Positions 14,314-60,899 of a stretch of DNA of 64,000 nt are shown here, one piece after another. The stretch lies in NCBI RefSeq assembly GCF_009914755.1, contig NC_060925.1, one strand, 5' to 3'. Made by a program: the position numbers and the translations under genes. The stretch comes from the human T2T-CHM13v2.0 reference genome, Homo sapiens. The notes below the pieces were generated by a model. It saw only the letters and a list, made by a program, of their open reading frames with translations, did not search any database and was not told where the DNA came from. Position 1 is the first letter of the stretch. Each line of letters opens with the position of its first letter.

Positions 14314-15525
14314 ATTGCATTCTCGATCAATATTTTTTTGTCTCTGCATATGCACCACTGAGGTTTTAATTACTGTAGCATCATAATAAGATTTGGTATC
14401 TTATAGGGAAATTTTGTCTGCCTTATTCTTCTTGAACCATTACTCTTCCACATGAATTATAACTTTTAAAATAATTTTTTAGTGTGCATTTAAAAGCTAT
14501 GTTGGGCAAAATAGTAACAATAAAAATCAAATAGAAACCCTAGAGATAAAGAATACAATAACTGAACTAAAGTGTTTGACAGAAAGCTACAATAGTAGAC
14601 TTGATCAAGCAGAAGAAAGAATCAGTGAACACAAAGATAGGAATTTTGAAATTATCCAGTCAGACAAGCAAAAAGAAAAGAAAAATAAAGGTCTATGGGA
14701 ATTATGGGACAACATCAAGAGACTAACCTATGCAAAATAGGAGTCCTTGAAGGAGAGACAAAAAGGCCCAGAAAGTATATTTAATGAACTAATGGCTGAA
14801 AAGTTTTCAAATCTGGGGAAAGATGACAACGTCCAGGTACTGAAAGCTAAGAGGCTGTCAATGAAATCCAATCCAACAGTTCACCAAAATACATCATAAT
14901 CAAATTATCAAAAATCAAAAACAAAGAAAGAATACTGAAAACAGTAAGAGCGAAAAAACATATCACAGTCAAGAGAGTTCCAATACAGCTGTCAGTGGAT
15001 TTCTTGGCAGAAACCCTGCAGGCCAGGAGAGGGTAGAATGATATATTCAAAGTGCTGAAGGGAAAAAGACCCTGCTATCCAAGAATATTTTCCTTCAGAA
15101 GTAAGACAGAAGTAACTTTCCCAGACAAACAAAGGTGAGGGATTTGATCACCACTAGGCTTGCACTAGGCTTGGAATTGCTAAAGGAAGTTATTTAAGCT
15201 GAAATGAAAGGCTACTACCTAATAACATAAAACATATGAAAGTAAAAACTCAATGGCATAAGTAATACATAGTCGTATTCAAAATACTGTAAGTGTGGTG
15301 TGAAAAGCAATTGTATCTCTATTATGAAGGTTAAAAGACAAAACTATTGCAAACAACTGTAGCTATAATAAATTGTTAAGGGACCCAAATTAGAAAAAAG
15401 GGTAAATTTTAACACAAAAAATCATAAAAGATGTTGGGGGGAGTGAAAGTGTAGAGTTTTTGTTTGCAATCAAAGTTGTTATCAGCTTAAAATAGCCTGT
15501 TTTAATTATAAGATTTTTATATAAA

Positions 15526-15842
15526 TGCTAGGATTTGAATGTGCCACCCAAAAGTTCATGTGTTGGAAATGTAATCCCTCTGCCCTCATGAATGGATTAA
15601 TGTCACTATCATGAGACTGGCTTTATTACAAAAGCAGCTCTCTCTGGCTTTCTTGATTTTGGTCTCTTGCCATGTGATGCCTTCCATTATGTCATGACTC
15701 AGCAAGAAGGCTCTCATCAGATGCCAACACCATGCTCTTGGACTTCTTAGCCTCCAGAACTGTGAGATAAATAAACTTCTATTGTTTATAAATTACCCAG
15801 TTTGTGGTATTCTGGTATAAAAACAGAAAAGGGACTAAGCCA
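15526..15842 (+). mobile_element. MST-type MaLR LTR (shortened) inserted in L1
   Basis: tgctaggatttgaatgtg...cctccagaactgtgagataaataaa...gactaagcca. Confidence 0.75.
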
Positions 15843-16965
15843 ATAGGTCTTATGGTAACCACAAAGCATGAACGTATAGTAGATGTAAAAAATATAAAAA
15901 GAAGGGATTCAAAGCAGACCAACACAGGAAACCACCAAATCACAAAGGAAGACACCAAGGGAGGAAGAAACAAATAATCTATGAAACAACCAGAAAACAA
16001 ATTACAAAATTGCAGCAGTAAGTCCTTACCTATCAATATTTGACTGGAATGTAAATGAATCAAATTGTTCAATCAGAAGACACTGGGTGGGTGAATGGAT
16101 TTTTTTAAAAAACAGGAAACAACTATACACTGCCTACAAGAGACTCACTTTACTAGTAAGGACACACAGAGTGAAAGTGAAGGGATGGAAAAAAATATTC
16201 AACACGGATGGAAACCAAAAGAGAGCAGGAGTAGTTATACTAATATAACATAAAATCAACTTTAAGTCAAAAACGATAAAAAGAGAAAAAGAAGGTCATT
16301 ATATAATGGTAAAGGACTCAATTCATTAAGAGGAAATAATAATTGTAAATATACACACACCCAACATTGGGGCATCTAAATACACAACGTGATTATTAAG
16401 TGACCTGAAGGGAAAGATAGACTTGATACAATAATAGTATTTTACAGTAATACACTACCCCACTTTCAACAATGAACAGATCATATAGATGGAACATTAA
16501 TAAGGAAACACTGGATTGAATTACACTTTAGACCACTTGGACCTAGCAGACTTATGCAGAACATTTCACTCAACAGCAACATAATACACTTTCTTCTCAA
16601 GTGCACACAGAACATTCTTCTGGATAGATCCTATGTTAGGTCTAGGCCACACAACAAGTCTTAACAAACTTAAGAACTGAAAATATATCAAGTATTTTTT
16701 TGGGTCACAAAGGCATGAAACTAGAAATCATAATGAGAAATCTTGGAAAATTCACAAATATGTGGAAATTAAACAACATGTTCCTAAACAACCAACAAAT
16801 CATAGAAGAAATTACAAAGGGAATTTAAAAAGCCCTTGAGACAAACAATGAAAACACAGCATACCAAAACTTATGGGATGCACCAAAAGCAGTCCTAAAA
16901 GGGAAATTTATAGCAAGAAATGCTTATGGCAAAAAAGAGAAAAGATTTTAAATAAACATTCTAAT

Positions 16966-17381
16966 TGAAATGGTTTGGATATCTGTCCCTTCCAAATCTC
17001 ATGTTGAAATGTGATCCTCAGTGTTGGAGGTGGGGATTGGTGGGAGGAGATTGGATCACGTGGGCAGATCCCTCATGAATGGTTTAGCAGCATTCCCTTG
17101 GTAATAAGTGAGTTCATGCTCAGTTAGTTCACATGAGATCTGGTTTTTCAAAAGCCTGGGACTCCCTCCTCTCTCCCCTGCTCTCACCATGTGACACGCT
17201 TGCTCCCCTTCACCTTCTACCATGACTGGAAGCTTCCTGAGGCCCTCACTAAAAGCAGATGCTGGTGCTATGCTTCCTATACAGCCTGAATAATAGTAAG
17301 CCAATTCAAAAAACCTCTTTTCCTTATGAATTACCCAGTCTCCAGTATTTCTTTATAGTGATGCAAAAATGGCCTAACACA
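16966..17381 (+). mobile_element. MSTA/B solo LTR with 5-bp TSD CTAAT
   Basis: TG...CA ends; ccaaatctcatgttgaaatgtgatcc; TSD on both sides. Confidence 0.88.
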
Positions 17382-18226
17382 CTAATGCTACACATTGAGG
17401 AACTAGAAAAAGAAAAAACTAAGCCCAAAGCTAGCAGAAGGAAGGTCATAATAAATACTAGAGCAGAATAAATAAAATTGTGACTAGAAAAACAATAGAA
17501 CAAAATAAATAAAACTAACAGCTAGTTTTTTGAAAAGATGAACAAAACTGACAAACCCTTACTAGACTAGAAAAAGAAAGAAAAGACTCATATATCAGAA
17601 AGGAAAGTGGTGGCATAACAACTGATATCACAGAAGTAAAAAGGATCACAAGAAACTACTATAAACAATTGTATACCAAAAATTGGATATCTAGAAGAAA
17701 TGAATACATTCTTAGACACATAAAACCTTCCAAGACTGAATCATGAGAAATAGAAAACCTGAACAAACCAATAACAACTAAAGTGATTGAATCAATAATA
17801 AAGTTCTTCCATCAAAGAAAAGCCCAGGATTTAATGGCTTCATGGCTAAGTTTTATCAAAAATTTAAAGAAAAAGCAACATCAATCCCTCTGAAACTCTT
17901 CCAAAAAATTAAAGAAGAGGCAACACTTCCAAACTCATTTTATGAGGCCAGTATTACTGTAATACTAAAGCCAGACAAAGGTATTACAAGAAAGGGAAAT
18001 TACAGATGAACAGATACAAATACAAATATCCCTGATGAATATGGATACAAAAGTCCTTAACAAAATTCTAGCAAACCAAATTCAACAGCACATTAAAAAG
18101 ATCATTCACTATGATCAAGTAGGATTTATCTCTGAAATGCAAGCATGGTTCAATATAGGCAAATCAATAAATGTGATTCATCACAGCAACAAAATGAAGG
18201 ATGAAACCATATGATTATCTCAATAG

Positions 18227-18572
<346 letters not shown>

Positions 18573-19817
18573 TGATAAACATTGTTAACAGAATAGGTAT
18601 ACATGCAATATACCTGAACACAATAAAAGCCATATATGACAAATGTATAGCTAACATTATATTCAATAGTGAAAGTTGAAAGCTTTTCCTCTAAAATCAG
18701 GGACAAGACAAGGATGCCTACTTTCATTACTTTTTTTCAACATAGTTCTGGAAATCCTAACCAGAGCAATTAGGCAAGACAAGAAAATAAAAGATATCCT
18801 AACTGGAAAGGAAAAAGTGAAATTGTCTCTGTTGATGACATGATATTATACAAAGAAAATCCTAAAGACTCCACCAAAAAGCTGTTAGAACTGATAAATT
18901 CAGTAAAGTTGTAGGAAACAAAATCAATATTTAAAAATTAGTGGCATTTTTATACACTAATAACAAGCTATCTGAAAAAGAAATTAAGAAAACAATTCCA
19001 TTTACAATAGCAACAATAACAAAATACTTATTTTATTGTCTGTTTATATTCATATTTTGTTATCAAATACTTCTTTATAGGACTTGTATACTAAAAACTG
19101 TAAAACCCTTGTGAAAGAAATTGAAGAAAATACAAATAAATGTAAAGATATCCCACGTTAACGGAGTAAAAGAATTAACATTATTAAAATGTCTGTACTA
19201 CTCAAAGCAATCTACAGATTCAATGCAATTCATATCAACATTCCAATGTCATTTTTCATAGAAAATGTCATAGAAAAAATAATCCTTAAATTCATATGGA
19301 ACCACAAAAGACCTCAAATTGTCAAAACAATCTTGAGCAAAAAGAACAAAGCTAGAGGCATCGTACTACCTGACTTCAAAATATATTATGAAGCAATCAA
19401 AACAGAATGATCCTGGCCAAAACAAAACAAAACCAACCAACCAAACAAACAAACAAAAAACAACAGAATCACTGACCAATAGAATCTGATAGAAAGCCAA
19501 GAAATAAGCCTGTGCATTTATAGTCAATTGATTTTTGACAAAGACGCTTAGAACATACATTGGAGAAAGGACAGACTATTCAATAAATGATGCTGGGAAA
19601 ACTGGTTATCCTCATGCAGAAGAATAAAATTAGACCCTCATCTTACATCCTGCACAAAACTCAACTCAAAACGGGTTAAAGACTTAGACCTAAAACTATA
19701 AACCTACCAGAAGAAAACATAGGGAAAAACTTCACAATATTGGCTTAGGCAAGGAATCTTTGGATATGACCCCAAAGGCTCAGGCAACAAAAGAAAAATA
19801 GACAAATGGAATTGCAT

Positions 19818-20187
19818 TGTATTAGTCCGTTTTTATGCTGCTGATAAAGACATACTTGAGACTGGGTAATTTATAGAGAAAAAGAGTTTTAATGGACTCA
19901 CAGTTCACGTGGCTGGGGAGGCCTCACAATCATGGAGGAAGGCAAGGGGGAGCAAGTCATATCTTACATGGTGGCAAGCAAGAGAGAATGAGAACCAAGT
20001 GAAAGGGGTTTCCTCTTATAAAGCCATCAGATCTCATGAGACTTATTCACCACCATGAGAACAGTACAGGGGAAACTGCCCCCATGACTCAATTATCTAC
20101 CACTGGAGTCCCTCCCACAACACATGGGAATTATGGGAGCTACAATTCAAGATGAGATTTGAGTGGGGACACAGCCAAACCATATCA
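19818..20187 (-). mobile_element. THE1 (THE1B/C-like) 3' LTR
   Basis: Reverse complement runs tgatatggtttggctgtgtcccc...ggactaataca. Confidence 0.92.
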
Positions 20188-21702
20188 TTCCACCCCTGGG
20201 CCCTCCCAAATCTCATGTTCTCACATTTCAAAGCCAATCATGCCTTCCTAACAGTCCCCTAAAGTCTTAACTCATTTCAGCATTAACTAAAAAGTCCACA
20301 GTCCAAAATCTCATGCAAGACAAGGTAAGTCCCTTCTGCCTATGAACCTGTAAAATCAAAAGCAAGTTAGTTACTTCCTAGATACAATGGGGGTACAGGC
20401 ATTGAATAAATACACCCATTCCAAATGGGAGAAATGGGCCAAAACAAAGGGGCTAAAGGCCCCATGCAAGTCAGAAATCCAGCGGGGCAGTCAAATCTTA
20501 AAGCTCCAAAATAATCTCCTTTGACTCCATGCCTCATATTTAGGTCATGCTGATGCAAGAGGTGGGTTCCCATGGTCTTGGGCAGCTCTGCTCTGTGGAT
20601 TTGCAGGGTACAGCATCCCTCCTGGCTGCTTTCACAGGCTGGCCTTGAGTGACTGCAGCTTTTCCAGGTGAACAGTGCAAGGTGTCGGTGGATCTACCAT
20701 TCTGGGGTCTGGAGGACAGTGGCCCTCTTCTCACAGCTCCACTAGGCAGTGCCCCAGTGGGGGCTCTGTGTGGGGGCTTCAACCCCACATTTCCCTTCTG
20801 CACTGCCCTAGCAGAGGCTCTCAATGAGGGCCCCACCCCTGCTGCAAACTTCTGCCTGAATATCCAGGCGTTTCCATACATACTGCGAAATCTAGGCGGA
20901 AGTCCCCAAACCTCAGTTCTTGACTTGTGTGCACCCACAGGCTCAACACCATGTAGAAGCTGCCAAGGCTTGGGGCTTGCACCCTCTGCAGCCATGGCCT
21001 GAGCTGTACCTTTGTCCCTTTCAGCCATGGCTAGAGCAGCTGGAATGCAGGGCACCAAGTCCCTAGGCTGCACACAGCATGGGGGCCCTGGGACTGGCCC
21101 AAGAAACCATTTTTTCCTCCTAGGCCTCCAGGCCTGTGATGAGAGGGGCTGTGAGAAAGCTCTTTGACATGCCCTGGAGAGACATTTTCCCTGTTGTCTT
21201 GGCCATTAACATTTGTTTCCTCATTACTTATGCAAATTTCTGCAGCCAGTTTGAATTTCTCCTCAGAAAATGGGTTTTTCTTTTTCTATCACATCATCAG
21301 GCTACAAATTTTCCAAACTTTTATGCTCTGTTTCCCTTTTAAAACTGAATGCTTTTAACAGCACCCACGTCACCTCTTGATGCTTTGCTGCTTAGATATT
21401 TTTTCCACCAGATATGCTAAATCATCTCCCTCAAGTTTAAAGTTCCACAAATCTCTACAGCAGGGGCAAAATGCTGCCAGTCTCTTTGATAAAACATGGC
21501 AAGCATTACCTTTACTCCAGTCCTTATCTCCATCTGAGACCACCTCAGCCTGGATTTCATTGTCCATATCATTATCAGCATTTTGGTCAAAGCCATTCAA
21601 CAAGTCTCTAGGAAATTCCAAACTTTCCCATATTTTCCTGTCTTCTTCTGAGCCCTCTAAACTGTTGCAACCTCTGCCTGTTACCCAGTTCCAAAGTTGC
21701 CT
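20188..21702 (-). mobile_element. THE1 internal region, truncated before the 5' LTR
   Basis: Typical MaLR-internal ORF fragments (ELWNWVTGRG..SLEGSEEDRK-like, ORF 21370-21756). Confidence 0.9.
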
Positions 21703-21714
21703 CCTGGCAGGGAA

Positions 21715-21832
21715 ATTGTTTTGGGATGATTCAAGCATATTACATTTATTGTCCACTTTATTTCTATTATTATTACATTGTAATATATCATGAAATAATT
21801 ATACAACTCACCATAATGTAGAATCAATGGGA
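21715..21832. mobile_element. MER1A (hAT-Charlie) internal fragment
   Basis: gggatgattcaagc.tattacatttattgt.cactttatttctattattattacattgtaat...caccataatgtagaatca. Confidence 0.75.
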
Positions 21833-21835
21833 TAA

Positions 21836-22170
<335 letters not shown>

Positions 22171-22374
22171 TATTTCTTTTTCTTTTCTTTCTTTTTTTTT
22201 TTTTTTTGATAGCTGGGTGGCAGATGTATAAATTGTCATTGACCTAACAGAATTAAGCTGGGCCATGGAGAAAACTGAGAACATCACGATTCAAAACACA
22301 GAATTCTCAAATGGACCAGTGTGTTTAGACCTGACTGTGGAATGGAATGCCACACCTAGGCATATGAGGTATGG

Positions 22375-53127
<30,753 letters not shown>

Positions 53128-53369
53128 GGTCAGGATACCCACTCTAGGATTCTCATGGCTGCACACCCTGCCCCAGCCCAGCTGCCTCCAGACCCCTAAG
53201 CATCTCCTGTCCTGGCCTCTCTGAAGCAGACAAGGGCCACCTATCCCGGGGGTGGATGCTGAGTCCAGGAGGTGATGAGCAAGTGTACAAAAGAAAAAAG
53301 GGAAGGGGGAGAGGGGCTGGTCAGGGAGAACCCAGCTTGGGCAGAGTGCACCTGAGATTTGATAAGATC

Positions 53370-53375
53370 ATTAAA
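53370..53375 (+). terminator. Probable PRSS38 polyadenylation signal (ATTAAA)
   Basis: First A(A/T)TAAA hexamer after the stop codon, 243 nt downstream, followed about 30 nt later by a GT-rich stretch (cctgtgtgg). Confidence 0.7.
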
Positions 53376-53990
53376 TATTTACAAAGCAAGCCTCTGAGAT
53401 CACCTGTGTGGCTCCTTCCGCCCCTGCCGGAGTCGTTGTCCTCTTCCATGCACAGAAAGGGGGACTATCACCCCTCCTGAGGCTCTCAGAAAAGGAGAAG
53501 CACAGGCCGAATCAGCTCTTTCCAGAAACAGAGGGGCGATGACACAGACACACTCCTCTGAATCTGTGGGATGTGGTCAAAGCCCAGGCCCAAGGAAAGG
53601 TCATTGCTTACATGCCTACGCCTGTACATATAAAACAGCTGCAGACATTTAAACATCCAATTGCAAAAAAAAAAAAAAAAGTGTGTGTTGTGGGGGTAAC
53701 CGGAGCTGAAAGTAGACACAAGGAAGGAACAAACACGATAGAAGCATGAAGGAGCCCCAAGTCAGAAAAGCACCGAAAACTCATATTTCAAAAGTCTGCT
53801 CCTTGGAAAATATCAAACAGTGGACAGGGGTTGGAGAGATCACTAACCTACCCAACACAGGAGATAAGAACAAAAATACACAAAACGAGAAATGACAAGT
53901 GAAAATGATCCATCAACTGAGACAAGGTAAGAAACCACACGAGAGAGTGTACAACTCTATATAAATTTAAATGAAAAGCAGCACTTTTTA

Positions 53991-54330
<340 letters not shown>

Positions 54331-54419
54331 AGAGAGAGAGCCAGAGAAGTTTTATTAAATAGACCAAATTTTTATAGAAGAAATTGAGACATTTAAGAAA
54401 GAATATCCCCCCCACCCCG

Positions 54420-54508
54420 GTAAGTTTTTGGGGAGTCAAAAGCTATATATGGATTTTTTACTGCATGGGGGGATACCAGTAACCCCAACATTGTTCAAGT
54501 GTCAACTG
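54420..54508 (+). mobile_element. Tigger4/Zombi (MER46) 3' end fragment
   Basis: aagtttttggggagtcaaaag.tat...tgttcaagtgtcaactg. Confidence 0.7.
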
Positions 54509-54509
54509 G

Positions 54510-57500
54510 ACTTTCTTTTACAATTTTAAATAGTTGCCCTAGAGTTCACAATAAAGAATTACAATTAATCTATGTCCACTTTCAAAAAAACACTACCATT
54601 TCCCAGGTAGTATCTCATCTACTGATGAGACATCAATAGCATGCTTCATTTCTGTTACAGTGGTTTTGAGTTCTAGCATTTTTTTTTGTTTGGTTGGTTT
54701 TTGTCTTCACATTTTATTTTTATTTTCGTAGATTTAGGGGTGCAACTGCAGTTTTGTTACATGGATATATTGCATAGTGCTGAAGTCTAGGATTTTAGTG
54801 TAACCGTCACCCAAATAGTGAACATTTTGCCCATTAAGTAATTTCTCCTTCCTCATCCCCGTCCCACCCTCCCACCTCTCTGAGTCTCCAATATCTATTA
54901 TCTGCTTTCTATATCCATGTGTACACATTATTTAGCTCCCACTTATAAGTGAGAACATATGCTAATTGACTATTTCTGAGTTGTTTCATGTAGGATAATG
55001 GCCTCCAGTTCCATCCATGTAGCTGCAAAGGACATGATTTCATTCTTTTTTATGACTAGTATTCCATGATATATATGTATATTTTCTCTATCCAACCATC
55101 TGTTGATGGACGCTCAGGTTGATTTCCTGTCTTTAGCATTTCTTTTTATTCTCTGAGTTTCACTGCTCTGCTTTCAGTGCCCCTCTGTTCTTCTATGTGG
55201 CCCACTTTTCCCATTTCAGCCCTTAGTATATTAATCCTAATACTTCAAATTCCCAGTCCAATAATTCCAAAATGTCTGCCCTATCTGAGTTTTGTTCTGA
55301 TGCTTGGTCTCTTCAGGCTGTGTGGGGTTTTTGTTTTGCTTATTTTGCCTTTTAGCATGCCTTGTAACTTTTTGTTGAAAGCTAGATATGACGTATTAAG
55401 TAAGAGGATCTGAGGTAAACTGGCCATTGGTGTGAGATTTATCTGACTAGCAATTAGGCTGTTTACCGCCTCCTGAAGCTGTGGTGTTTGAGTCTGAACT
55501 TTCCCCTAATGATGTTGTTTTTGTCTCCTCTGTTGTCTTTGGGTCTCCCTGGAGACTCCTTCTTAAATAAACAAGTAGCTCTTTCTGTAATCCTCTGATA
55601 TTACATAGGAACCCCACGGATGTAGTGATAAGGTGTGGGGATGAGGAAGCATTCTTTAGTTCTGTGGTTAGGTCTCAGTCTGTTAGTGAGAAGGTCACCA
55701 CCCAAGTGTTTTTCTTGCCTTCACTTTCCCCCCTTAAGTGTGATGGAAAAATAATGGGCTGCATTGGGTATTTCCCAACATTCAAGGCTAGGGCAGGCTG
55801 GATTCCAGTATTTCCCTTGCCATGGGTCAGACTGATAGAACCCAAGTCAGTTAGGCTCTGGTTAAATAGTTTCCCTTGAGAGCAGGCTTTGGTCAATGAG
55901 AATAGACAGTGCTGGGCATACTTAAAATTGGCTACTTTTCTCCTTGCTCTGCCACAAACGCTGGGGGATTCTTCTCTGCTCTTCACCCTGAGAGCCTGGT
56001 GTAGCTTCCAGGACTAAAACTCATAAAAGTGTGAGGACCCCTAAAAGTGGGCCCTAAGGGGTTTTAAGCTCTCAACTTAGCCCACGCTTAGTCTCCAGCA
56101 GTTCATCAATTACCCTTTAAGTATTTCCACTGGTGCTGACTCTGCTGGGGCTTCTCCTCCCCGTAAGCTGTGATTGTCTCTGTCCACCTGTCTGTCTCTC
56201 CAGTGTTCAGGGAGGTATTTTGTTCTGTGACCTCACTTCTCTTATGAATTTAAGAACAGTTGTTGATGTTTAGTTTGTTCACCTTTTTTCTTGTTGTAAG
56301 GATGGGAGTGATAACTTCCAACCTGTTTACATGCCAAAACGGAAGCTAGATGTCACTCAGATACTTCTATAAAGAGACATCTCGTCTTCTACTATTTGGT
56401 TGCCTAGTGACAAATTTATATAGAAAAGACAATGTCTTATTCTTTTCTTTAGAAGCTCTTGAGATCATGTGATTGTTCTTTTTCACCATCTAAAGCGGGC
56501 CAATTAGCTTTTAAATGTTTTTTTTAGGTCATGGATTTAAATGTATTTGATGGGTTTCAATTCATTGCAATTATTATTTCTATGAAAGCTCAAATTGCCC
56601 CATATTTGTACAACAGGAGCTTTGCCAGCTTGGTTCCTGAGTCCTTTTAACAGTGCTGGGCATAATAGTACTAATGGTATCTGCTAGCTTTCTTTTATAT
56701 GGTTTGACAAGATGTTCAGGCTCATCTGGTCTATTTCCTGCCTAAGACCTAGAGTCAGTCATTCCCCCAAGAAGTCTTGTTTTTTTGTAGTCAAACATAG
56801 TATTACAAGAGCACGATCTGAGTGCTCGGGAGATCATTGCACTGAAGTTGGGATGTAAATTCCAATTTAAGTCCAGAGCTACAGAGTTTTTACTTATATT
56901 CTTTTAAAAAAAAAGCAATCTGTAGTTTGTATTCCATATTGAAAATACTTTCATCAGTTCTAACAGTTTTAGCGTTTTGTGGGGGTTTTTTGGGTGGAGC
57001 CTTTAGGGTTTTCTATATATGAGAAATAAAATGTCATCTGAAAACAGAGACCATTTCATTTCTTCCATTCCTATTTGGATGTATTTTATTTCTTTTTCTT
57101 GCCTGGTTTCTGTGGCAAAGACTTCCAGTACCATATTAAATGGAAGTGGTGAGAGTGGGCATCCTTGCCATGTTCTTGATCTTAGAGGGAAATTTCAATT
57201 TTCATCATTGAGCATAATGTGTTTCTCAAGGAGGTGATAGCCCATAATTATTCATTTGTTTTGCCACACATTCACAAACAACAATCTCATAATCACATAA
57301 TTAATGTGAACACTACCAATATGATGACTGCAAACAGCTCAGATGTTTTGGTATGGCCTTTGTTTCCTCGCAGTCTTTAATATTTGTAACTATACTTACA
57401 TCGCTGGAGCACATGCCAATTATGTTCTCTTCCCTTTAACTCTCATTTAGTGTTAGTGCAACAAGTGACTGTCTATTTAATTCTGGTCCTTGAATAAATG

Positions 57501-57700
57501 TCTCTTATGGATGTTTCAGGAAGGGCTCATGGAAGCAACCTTCCCTGATTTCCTACAAGTATATCTGTGTTCGTTTTATTCAAAGGGCAGTCTTCCTGGA
57601 TATAAGTACTTGGCTCCCTTTTTCTTTGAATAAGTATCTTACATGTGGAACTCCATTTTATTATAACATTGAGGCTTGTTGTCAAAAATATCTGATATTA
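54510..57700 (-). mobile_element. Old L1 fragments, including a nested L1MA 3' end (54680-55132, TSD TAGCATTT)
   Basis: Antisense L1 5' region and 3' end motifs. Confidence 0.7.
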
Positions 57701-57711
57701 ATAATTCATTG

Positions 57712-60260
<2,549 letters not shown>

Positions 60261-60367
60261 TGCTCTGTCTATTTTATGTGGAGATTCAGAGAGACCTCAA
60301 TTCTATGTCATTGCCACTGCCACTTCCAGAATTCCTCGTTTGTTTTCAACAACCATTGTTATTTTCT

Positions 60368-60499
60368 ACTCACACACATATATTTACTCTTTAGGGTCCT
60401 CTCTATAGAAGGCATTTATCCAAGGAAGAGTCGTGACTCACATATATTTACTCTTCAGGGTCCTCTCCATACAAGGCATTTATCCAAGGAATAGTCGTG
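60368..60499. repeat. Tandem duplication of about 64-68 bp
   Basis: actcac(acac)atatatttactct.(t/c)agggtcctctc.ata.aaggcatttatccaaggaa.agtcgtg occurs twice. Confidence 0.9.
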
Positions 60500-60899
60500 A
60501 GCATTAAATACAGTCACTTGATGTACTAATAATAAATGAGAATGAGACGGGAGAGACAGTAGTGTATAACAGGATGTGCTCCAGTGGTGTAATGATAGTT
60601 ACAAATATTAAAGACTGCAGGGAAACCAGAAGACCTCTTCTCCATTCCTTCTTGCAGTCCAATGCTTAAATTTGGGATCACTGCCTTTACATGAACTTCT
60701 ACCATGGCGGGTATGAAAAGGGAATGGAGTGATAGCTACGGTGGGGAATATGAAAAGGGAATAGGGTTGGAGGGGACTCCCTGGAGCTCAGAATGTCCTC
60801 GATCTGACTCCAGATAGTTGTTACAAATGGGCTCACATGCACACAGATTCATTGAGCTGCTCCCTTAGAGTGTCCTCTTTACAAACGTAAATGAACACT

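Noticed and set aside
20367-21793. ORFs of 117-177 aa on both strands
   Set aside because: Standard THE1 internal sequence, fragmented; not a host gene.
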